Shown here piece after piece: positions 1-7,201 of a stretch of 64,000 bases of DNA. Both the position numbers and the translations under genes were made by a program. Below the pieces are notes generated by a model that saw only the letters and a list, made by a program, of their open reading frames with translations, did no database searches and was not told the DNA's origin. Positions within the stretch are counted from its first letter, which is position 1; the number at the start of each line of letters is the position of its first letter. Source of the stretch: a virus (lineage: Duplodnaviria; Caudoviricetes); the IMG/VR virus record IMGVR_UViG_3300017911_002211, positions 5,433-69,432 of that record. One strand, given 5' to 3'.

Positions 1-91
1 AACTAACAAAGGCGCTTATGCCTTCGCTAGTTTTTTCTGTATTATCAGAAACTTCTATAAGGGTTTTATTTACTTCTGCTAATGTTGCCAT
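1..91 (-). CDS. 5' fragment of a gene running off the left edge; possibly tape measure / baseplate hub (gp29-like)
   Basis: ATG at 91-89 directly follows the TAA of the gp51-like ORF; reads MATLAEVNKTLIEVSDNTEKTSEGISAFVS and stays open to the edge. Identity inferred from position only. Confidence 0.35.
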   Translation of the reverse strand, partial: MATLAEVNKTLIEVSDNTEKTSEGISAFVS

Positions 92-274
92 TTATCTTAC
101 CTGTTGTTCGTTTCTAGCTTTCTCTTCTATAAACTCATTTAGTAATATTAAATAAACCTCTCTCTCCCACGGTAGCATTCCTTCTAACTCTGTTAAAGAA
201 TAATTAAAATGCTGCATCATTAAAAAATTGGTCTTGAAGTAATTCTCCAAGGTCTCATGAGAGAGGTTAACTAA
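92..274 (-). CDS. gp51: Baseplate hub assembly catalyst / tail assembly chaperone, gp51-like; not in the ORF track; probably reached by -1 frameshift from gp26
   Basis: Manual translation: LVNLSHETLENYFKTNFLMMQHFNYSLTELEGMLPWEREVYLILLNEFIEEKARNEQQVR*. The Y-F-K-T-N-F..MQH..YSLTE.E.M.PWEREVY pattern is typical of T4-like gp51. First in-frame ATG (220) is internal to the conserved part. Confidence 0.75.
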   Translation of the reverse strand, partial: LVNLSHETLENYFKTNFLMMQHFNYSLTELEGMLPWEREVYLILLNEFIEEKARNEQQVR

Positions 275-993
275 AAAAAATCTTGTAACCCACTTAATTC
301 TATAGTATTTTTATTCTTACATTTTACACATTCATAATCTATGTTATGAGACAATGTTGGCATGCTTTCAACAAATCCAGTAATTTTTTCTAACTGTTGA
401 TTTGTTAATGAATTCATAAACCTTTCTATTTCTTCCTTTGGTTCATCTTTAACTAGAATATTTTCATTTTCAGTTTGTACGCTATGTAAACATGAAATAA
501 TTGATTCAAAAAGTAAATCAGCAACCGGCCCATCTTTTTTAGCCAGCATATCATTGCTAAGTACTTCCTTATAGGTTGGATATTTTAATTCAACGCTAAT
601 ATCATCTGTAATTTGAATAACTTTCTTTTTATCCCAATCATCATCGATATTCATATTAATTTCTTGAAGATTAAATTTTACTTCATTTTCTTCATTACAC
701 TCCGCGCACGCATGTAGTAGTTGCGTAGTTTCTCCTACAGATTTTGCTCTTACTTGAGTAAACATATAGTCTACATCAAACGAAGCTAGATCATGTACAT
801 TTATTCCTTGAACGCATGATTCCAAACAATCCAACATTGAGCCAAGAATTTGTTTAGGATCTTTTGATTCAAATGCTACCAAAAGAGTTTTTTGTTCCTT
901 AACTAAAAAGGGTCGAAACTTTACAGCCTGCTTAGTCGACGGAACAATCATTTCATACTTTGGTACATCATTTCGTAATTGTGGTAATCCCAT
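271..993 (-). CDS. gp26: Baseplate hub subunit, gp26-like
   Basis: PKYEMIVPST...FRPFLVKEQKTLL, CxxC pairs (CAEC, CVKC) and a C-terminal GLQDFF typical of gp26. Confidence 0.85.
   Translation of the reverse strand: MGLPQLRNDVPKYEMIVPSTKQAVKFRPFLVKEQKTLLVAFESKDPKQILGSMLDCLESCVQGINVHDLASFDVDYMFTQVRAKSVGETTQLLHACAECNEENEVKFNLQEINMNIDDDWDKKKVIQITDDISVELKYPTYKEVLSNDMLAKKDGPVADLLFESIISCLHSVQTENENILVKDEPKEEIERFMNSLTNQQLEKITGFVESMPTLSHNIDYECVKCKNKNTIELSGLQDFF
274..280 (-). promoter_or_regulatory. Putative -1 ribosomal frameshift slippery heptamer T TTT TTT
   Basis: gp26 ends GAT TTT TTT TAG (run of 8 T); the -1 frame continues TTA GTT AAC into the gp51-like reading frame. Confidence 0.6.
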
Positions 994-1005
994 TCATTTC
1001 ACTCC

Positions 1006-1698
1006 TTATAATACATCAATTCCACCAAGTGGTGTATCAATGTCCATATTAATAAATCCTTGAGTATTCGACGATCTTCTCCAATTAGTGTAAGCAAATG
1101 TTACTGTTAATTGAACTAAACCATCTAAGTCGTTATTTAACTCTATTGCACTTGTTGCTACAGGAAAGGCCTCAAGGAGATCTACTGAATAAACAGTACC
1201 ACCACCAATTCCTGCATTAAATCTTATTGGACCAACTTGTTTACTAAATCCAGCCAAAGGCTGTCTAAGTTGGTGTATTGTGACAGTCTTAGCATATTGA
1301 CTTTTATAATTGCTTGTAAAAGCGTTACTGCCTTCTTCTGGTATTGCTGTGTTACGCCAAGCATCGAAATATTCTTTTACACCATAGTCATTCATTAAAT
1401 AAAAAGTCATGCTTACGTCATCGACAGCATACCCATAAGCAACTTTTTGAAATTCCATTCCAATGCGTCTTTCACTCGTTAAAGTAAGTTTTGCTGGTAA
1501 AGTTGCATTAGAACATAATATGTTTAATTCTCTTGCGCTAGCGCCTCCTCCACCGCCAGTTAATAAACCAATAATACCGTTGAGAAGACCGCCACCTCCG
1601 CCAAAGTTTGTTGGCATTGTAACTAAAAACCTATTTGGTCTTGCAAATCCTAATTTGGTATTAGCTAAAGCTTTTAATTCATCTACTGTATTAGCCAT
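1006..1698 (-). CDS. gp54: Baseplate tail-tube initiator, gp54-like (tail tube fold)
   Basis: FARPNRF, LNILC, FPVATSAIEL, LTVTFAYTNW motifs of the gp19/gp54 tube-fold family; a true gp19 is elsewhere in the window. Confidence 0.7.
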   Translation of the reverse strand: MANTVDELKALANTKLGFARPNRFLVTMPTNFGGGGGLLNGIIGLLTGGGGGASARELNILCSNATLPAKLTLTSERRIGMEFQKVAYGYAVDDVSMTFYLMNDYGVKEYFDAWRNTAIPEEGSNAFTSNYKSQYAKTVTIHQLRQPLAGFSKQVGPIRFNAGIGGGTVYSVDLLEAFPVATSAIELNNDLDGLVQLTVTFAYTNWRRSSNTQGFINMDIDTPLGGIDVL

Positions 1699-2281
1699 TT
1701 GCTATCTTCCTCGAATCTGAATATACTCTTCCAGCAGAAGCTTTCTTCCAACTTGCTGTCGGTAAGAACGTCGCTATTTCCCATTCAGGTGCTGGTACTT
1801 GCGCAAATCTGGATTTTACATGATCTAATAAGTAATGTTTAAAACACGGTTGAAAATATCTGTATTTAGCTGCGCCTTTAAGTAATCTATATGTTAAAGT
1901 AAAACGTGTTGACTCATTATATTTTTTATTATTAACTACATCAAGTAAACTATCTAAAAACTTTGCTCTTAAAATTGGAGGAATATAATGCAAGTTTAAT
2001 CCTTTAAATCCACCGTCAGCTTTTTCTACTGGTATTACTAATGGAAAGGTGTCGTAATATGGAAGTTTATCTTTGAGTTTCGGATCATAGAAAAACATCA
2101 TCATACTACCTAATAATGGACTGCTTACTTTATTAATTTCATCTTCTCTCATCAATGCTTCACGATTAATTCGTGTAAGCTGTTGAACTCTTCTACGAAA
2201 CCAATCACGTGATTCTTGCGTACGAGGTGTAATACCTTTGCGAAAAGCTTCAAGTTCAAGTTTTTGAAATAAGTTACTCAT
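1691..2281 (-). CDS. gp2: DNA end protector protein
   Basis: FFYDPKLKDKLPYYDTFPLV, GLNLHYIPP, CFKHYL, WEIATFLPT motifs. Confidence 0.92.
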   Translation of the reverse strand: MSNLFQKLELEAFRKGITPRTQESRDWFRRRVQQLTRINREALMREDEINKVSSPLLGSMMMFFYDPKLKDKLPYYDTFPLVIPVEKADGGFKGLNLHYIPPILRAKFLDSLLDVVNNKKYNESTRFTLTYRLLKGAAKYRYFQPCFKHYLLDHVKSRFAQVPAPEWEIATFLPTASWKKASAGRVYSDSRKIANG

Positions 2282-2285
2282 AAGT

Positions 2286-2792
2286 CTATTTATATCGTTT
2301 TCTACGCTTTTTACGATATGATGGTAGTGGTTTATATTTCTTTAGTTTACCAGGGACAGGCTTAGTTAAAAGTTTCATTTCTTGCAATGTTTTTTCTGTC
2401 CATACTTGAAATTCCCATCCTCTATCTTTTGCATAATTATCTGCCGCTTCCCACTTATTCATATTTTTAACGTATGTTAAACCTTCTCTAATATATCTTT
2501 TAGTTCTTTTTTCACCGGCTGGGGGTTGCGTTTCTTTTTCAGGTTTAATTTCTACTAAAAGAGTTTTTTCTTCAAATATAATTTTAACGTCTACATAGTA
2601 CTTGTGATACTTTTTATCAACATCATAATAATACGGTACGACGACTTCTTCAGAACACCAACCTTTTACATTTGGATTGTTGTCACACCATTTAAAAACT
2701 TCTCTCTCCCAAAGAGACCTATATACTATATTAGTGTGATCACCTTTATATTTGGAAACGTTTTTAGCTTTGTAAAGACCAGAATAAACCAT
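2286..2792 (-). CDS. gp4: Head completion nuclease
   Basis: KYKGD..IVYRSLWE...WCDNNPNV..W.SEE...PY, YYVD..LVEIKP, N..KWEAA motifs (PD-(D/E)xK TnsA-like). Confidence 0.92.
   Translation of the reverse strand: MVYSGLYKAKNVSKYKGDHTNIVYRSLWEREVFKWCDNNPNVKGWCSEEVVVPYYYDVDKKYHKYYVDVKIIFEEKTLLVEIKPEKETQPPAGEKRTKRYIREGLTYVKNMNKWEAADNYAKDRGWEFQVWTEKTLQEMKLLTKPVPGKLKKYKPLPSYRKKRRKRYK
2287..2294 (-). promoter_or_regulatory. T4-type late promoter TATAAATA for gp2
   Basis: Exact consensus on the minus strand, 5 nt upstream of the gp2 ATG. Confidence 0.7.
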
Positions 2793-2801
2793 GATAACCG
2801 T

Positions 2802-2809
2802 TATAAATA
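2802..2809 (+). promoter_or_regulatory. T4-type late promoter TATAAATA for the gp48 operon
   Basis: Exact consensus in the gp4/gp48 divergent gap. Confidence 0.75.
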
Positions 2810-2846
2810 AAGAAATAATACTTTAATATATGTATAAGGATTCAAC

Positions 2847-4202
2847 ATGTCAGAACTCGATATCATAAATCAAAAAGCTGGTCCTTTAGGAGAAAAAGTT
2901 AGAAAAGATTTTAGTGACTTTGCTGGTGGTAATCCATTCACTAAGAGCGTTAGTAACCCAGGCGCTATAGGACTAGATGATGATATAACGGGTCAATCAT
3001 TACTAGGTAGAATACCAAGTCCATTATCAAGAAATGAACCAGACGGTAGCAAATTAGAATATCCTATAGACGTTAGCGGTAATCCAGCATACGCTGCTAC
3101 TATAAAATTTCAAATTTTAGAATATACAACCGCCAGTCCAGGTCAATCACAAAAAAATCATATAACAACAACTACAGACAATATTCAATCTCAAGAGACA
3201 ACAAAAGCAAAAGTTGAAGATGAACCAACTCTTGATCAAGTAGGTGGCGGCGCAAGCGATATTGGTGCGCCTTCAACTGTATCTTTTAGCAATGATGCAG
3301 CCGTCTCAGGATATGCCGGCATTTCCGGAAGTAGTGCTGGTTTTGGAGATTTTGATGGCGTTAATACGTTTAAGACAAAAGAAGACGCAAAGACCGAGTT
3401 TAATAACGTTAAAAAACGTAATGCAAGTTCTAGTAATTTTAAATTAGGATTCTTTCCAAAGCCTAATTCGCCTATCATAAACATGTATTTTCCACCATCA
3501 CAAGCTTTTGTTGATGGAGTTCAATACGGTGATGCAACATTAGGAGCTACTGGAGGAGCAGCCTTAGCAGGTATTGAAGCTGGAGGATCGGGAATAAGAC
3601 AAGCTGGCGAACAAGTTTTAAGTGAAGGAAAAAGTTTTGTTGATACTTTTTTCAGCGGTGGTCTTAATTTATCTAGAGCTGCTGGATCCGAGGCTGCTAG
3701 ATTAGGTGCTATGAGAGCAATAGCTAAAGTTCCTTTTACAAACGAAAATACTGGATTATTGGCTGCAGCTTCTATAGCAAATAGAATAATAGTTAATCCA
3801 AATGTGAGAAAATTATTTAACGGCGTAACAGTAAGAGAGTTTACATTTCAATTTAAAATGATACCAACTTCACCTGAAGAAGGTGAAGTCATACAAAAAA
3901 TAATTAAGATATTTAGAAAAGAAATGTATCCAAGAGCGTTTAAAGTTCCCATAGGTGGTGAATCAAGCGTAAGTTTGGGGTATAATTTTCCAAATGCTTT
4001 TAAGATTAAATTTAATTTTAAAGATTCTGAAAATCGAAACATACCTAAGTTGTTGCCATGTTATTTAAGAAACGTTTCTCATACGATTAATCCAACAGGC
4101 GGCGGATTTAAAAACGACGGAAAGGCCAATGAAATTGATTTAACATTATCATTCGTTGAACACAGAGCTATTGAGCAACAGGATATAGAAAGAGGATTCT
4201 AA
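2847..4202 (+). CDS. gp48: Baseplate tail-tube cap
   Basis: NPNVRKLFNGVTVREFTFQFKMIP.S.EE...I..IIK.FRKEMYP and a C-terminal EIDLTLSFVE typical of gp48. Confidence 0.85.
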   Translation: MSELDIINQKAGPLGEKVRKDFSDFAGGNPFTKSVSNPGAIGLDDDITGQSLLGRIPSPLSRNEPDGSKLEYPIDVSGNPAYAATIKFQILEYTTASPGQSQKNHITTTTDNIQSQETTKAKVEDEPTLDQVGGGASDIGAPSTVSFSNDAAVSGYAGISGSSAGFGDFDGVNTFKTKEDAKTEFNNVKKRNASSSNFKLGFFPKPNSPIINMYFPPSQAFVDGVQYGDATLGATGGAALAGIEAGGSGIRQAGEQVLSEGKSFVDTFFSGGLNLSRAAGSEAARLGAMRAIAKVPFTNENTGLLAAASIANRIIVNPNVRKLFNGVTVREFTFQFKMIPTSPEEGEVIQKIIKIFRKEMYPRAFKVPIGGESSVSLGYNFPNAFKIKFNFKDSENRNIPKLLPCYLRNVSHTINPTGGGFKNDGKANEIDLTLSFVEHRAIEQQDIERGF

Positions 4203-4933
4203 TGCTTTACTTTAATGAATTCGAAAACTTAACATACAAATTTGGAGATGAAGTTGATAGTGTTATATTTCAAAACTTATCAACATATGTTGACTTAATA
4301 GACGAAATTAAAAATAATATAACGTTTTTAAATGTTCATACTATTCAAGAAGGTTTTAGACCAGATCAAGTATCAATACAATTGTATGGAACACCGTTAT
4401 ATTATTGGACTTTCTACTTAATAAATGATGATATTAGAGAACAAGGTTGGCCACTTATTAGAAGCGAACTTGACGAGTACATTAAAAAAATACTTCCAAA
4501 TACAACGTTGACTACAAGAGACGACGATTTAGCAAATAAATTTAAAGTAGGACAAACAATAACAGGTGGAACATCAGGTCAATCTGGTAAAATTATAAAA
4601 AGAAACTTAGACTTAGGGCAAATAATAGTTGAAGGCGATGTTTCATTTACTACGACTGGCGAATTATTTTCATCAACAAATTCTTCTGGAACATTAGAAA
4701 CTTTATCTAGTGTATCAAGTTCTAAAGAATATCAATCAGCTTCTCATTACGTTAACGGCGACGGCGAAATAGTTGATATAGATCCAACATCAGCTCCAGG
4801 CGCATTGCTTACAGAAAAAACTCATGAAGATGTTTATTTTAGCGTAAATGAAAATCTTAGACAAATTAAAATAATTAAACCGAGCCAAATTGCAAATGTG
4901 GTTTCAAGCTTTAAGAGAGCTTTAAGAGGATAA
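4202..4933 (+). CDS. gp53: Baseplate wedge subunit
   Basis: YF..F..LTY, RPDQVSIQLYGTPLYYWTFYLIND (LysM-like), C-terminal NENLRQIKIIKP. Confidence 0.85.
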   Translation: MLYFNEFENLTYKFGDEVDSVIFQNLSTYVDLIDEIKNNITFLNVHTIQEGFRPDQVSIQLYGTPLYYWTFYLINDDIREQGWPLIRSELDEYIKKILPNTTLTTRDDDLANKFKVGQTITGGTSGQSGKIIKRNLDLGQIIVEGDVSFTTTGELFSSTNSSGTLETLSSVSSSKEYQSASHYVNGDGEIVDIDPTSAPGALLTEKTHEDVYFSVNENLRQIKIIKPSQIANVVSSFKRALRG

Positions 4934-4934
4934 C

Positions 4935-6293
4935 ATGGACTTAGACATTGCTTCTGTTGCAGAAGGATCTACTGAATACGCACTAGCAAGCGCGCTCATA
5001 ACTTCAGATCGATTACAATCAGAAGTTGAAATAGCCGCAGTTGTTCAAGAATTCGTAATCTACGAACACATAGAAAAACCTTATTTGACTATGAGATTGT
5101 CTTTCATAGATCAAATTAATATAGTACAAACAGTGGATTTTCAAGGTGGTGAAAAATTATCAATTACAATAAAACAAATAGAAGAAGTTCAAACTGGAAA
5201 AGAAATAAAAAAAGATTTTGTAGTTGATGAAATAGAAAAAGTAATAAAGCTTGATGAAAGAAATGAAACTGTTATAATACACTGTACCGAATATCATATG
5301 TTTGAAGCTGCAGCTCAAAATGTAAATAAGTCTTACAGTGGCGCTCCTTCAGATATTATTTCAAGTTTAATTTCTACACATATAAACAAATCTTTAGTAG
5401 TTGATGGAAAAGATTCTACTAAAGATTTAAAAGTAATAATACCAAATTTAGATCCTATAGAAGCTGCCTTGTGGATAAAAAACAGATCAGTGACATATAA
5501 TGGCATGCCATTTTTCTTATACTCACCATTAGGCGTAGACAATTTAGTATTTAAAGATTTAGGAAAAATGTTATCTGAACCTGTAAACAACATTACGAAA
5601 CCGTATGTTTATACTAGCAGTTTAGCACAAACAACCGGAGGATCTAGATTATATAATATAATAGAATATAAGTATGAAAACTCTGAAGAGCTTATTAATC
5701 TTTTGCGAAAAGGTTATGTAGGTAGTTCATATATATTTTATGATGTGCACAGGGGAATACCTGAAGAAAGGCATTTTGATGTTGATAACGTATTTAAAAG
5801 TTTGTTAGTACAAAATTCTTTAGGTGGTGAAAATTCAAAATATAATTATGGACCGGAATATAAAATAAAAGGAAGAAATCTATCAACGTACAATTCTAAA
5901 GTTATTAGTAAAATAACTTCTAACGGTGCGTATAGAGGTGGATCATATAATGCAGGGTTTAGAAGTTATAGCGATGAAACTTTAGGCGGTGATCATATGA
6001 AACATGTTACTGGTAAAGCCATAAAAGGATTCTTATCTAAAACTCCTTTGTGTATTACAGTTAAAGGCAGAGAGTTTATAACTGGTAACGATAACTACAC
6101 TTTAGGGAAAACTATAAGAATTTTATTTTTAGATGCAGATCCGACTGAGGATGTAAACGCTGCTTCGAAGGATTTAAAAAAATCAGGTGATTATTTAATA
6201 ATAGGAGCCAAACACTCGTTTAATGGCGATAAAGTTACTAGTGAATTATTATGTGGTAAAGTGGCATCTATTGGAAAGGATATTCAAGTATAA
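4935..6293 (+). CDS. Putative baseplate hub protein (gp27-like)
   Basis: Lies between gp53 and gp5; IYEHIEKPYLT, C-terminal SGDYLIIGAKHSF resemble hub proteins; weak sequence support. Confidence 0.5.
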   Translation: MDLDIASVAEGSTEYALASALITSDRLQSEVEIAAVVQEFVIYEHIEKPYLTMRLSFIDQINIVQTVDFQGGEKLSITIKQIEEVQTGKEIKKDFVVDEIEKVIKLDERNETVIIHCTEYHMFEAAAQNVNKSYSGAPSDIISSLISTHINKSLVVDGKDSTKDLKVIIPNLDPIEAALWIKNRSVTYNGMPFFLYSPLGVDNLVFKDLGKMLSEPVNNITKPYVYTSSLAQTTGGSRLYNIIEYKYENSEELINLLRKGYVGSSYIFYDVHRGIPEERHFDVDNVFKSLLVQNSLGGENSKYNYGPEYKIKGRNLSTYNSKVISKITSNGAYRGGSYNAGFRSYSDETLGGDHMKHVTGKAIKGFLSKTPLCITVKGREFITGNDNYTLGKTIRILFLDADPTEDVNAASKDLKKSGDYLIIGAKHSFNGDKVTSELLCGKVASIGKDIQV

Positions 6294-7201
6294 TGGCGTA
6301 CGCACACATACCAGAAACTGAATACTATGGAGATCAAATCAGATGGTTTATTGGAACTGTTGTAGATGTCAATGATCCTTTAAAACTTGATAGAGTGAAA
6401 GTAAGAGTTTATGGGCTTCATACATCAAATACTGTTGATATACCAAACGAAGATTTGCCATGGGCTAATGTATTAATACCTGTTACAGAAGGCGGCACTT
6501 CTGGAATTGGTGCTAACTCACAGATAAAAATTAGAGCACAAGTTTTTGGAATATTTTTAGATGGAAAAGATTCGCAGTGTCCTTTAGTTATGGGATCAAT
6601 ACCTAAAGTTGAAACAAAAAGAAACGATGTACAGGAAGCGCCTTCAGTTAAAAATGAATACGATGGAACGGCAGTTGTGCCTGATTCAACATTACAAGGT
6701 GTCAAGCCTGGCGTACCTTCGGCTAGTGAAGGCAATTTAGTAGGACAAAATAATGCAGAAAAAGCATATAACTTTTTCTTATCTAAAGAAGGTGGTTCGT
6801 TTACGCCAGCGCAAGCGGCAGGAATAATAGGCAATTTGATGGCAGAATCTGGTAAAGATTTAAATCCAACAATAGTTTCAGGATTTAAAGACGAAGGATC
6901 TTTTGGCATTGCTCAATGGAATCCAAGTAAAGCCGCTGGTTTTAGATTACAAGAATTAAAAAGATTTTGTAAAGATTCTAATTTAAACTTTAGAACATTA
7001 TATGCTCAGTTAAAATTTATTATATACGAACTTGGAAAGTATCCTTATTTAGGTCTTGGTAAATTAAGAAAGGCTCAAACACCAGAAGAAGCTTCTAAAA
7101 TTTTTGAAAGATATTATGAAAGACCTGCACCGGGAAGTACACTAAAGAGAATTCAATTTGCACTTGAAATTGATAGAAAACTAGGAATTGGAGCTGCTTA
7201 A
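6293..7201 (+). CDS. gp5: gp5 N-terminal OB-fold domain fused to a phage tail lysozyme (Phage_lysozyme2-type) domain
   Basis: WFIGTVVDVNDPLKLDRVKVRVYGLH..DLPWA..VFGIFLDG..QCPLVMGSIP (gp5 OB fold), then QAAGIIGNLMAESG, GIAQW, AQLKFIIYEL, FERYYERP (tail lysozyme motifs). Confidence 0.85.
   Translation: MAYAHIPETEYYGDQIRWFIGTVVDVNDPLKLDRVKVRVYGLHTSNTVDIPNEDLPWANVLIPVTEGGTSGIGANSQIKIRAQVFGIFLDGKDSQCPLVMGSIPKVETKRNDVQEAPSVKNEYDGTAVVPDSTLQGVKPGVPSASEGNLVGQNNAEKAYNFFLSKEGGSFTPAQAAGIIGNLMAESGKDLNPTIVSGFKDEGSFGIAQWNPSKAAGFRLQELKRFCKDSNLNFRTLYAQLKFIIYELGKYPYLGLGKLRKAQTPEEASKIFERYYERPAPGSTLKRIQFALEIDRKLGIGAA

Noticed and set aside
6418-6909. 163-aa antisense ORF
   Set aside because: Shadow of the gp5 N-terminal gene; no motifs or RBS
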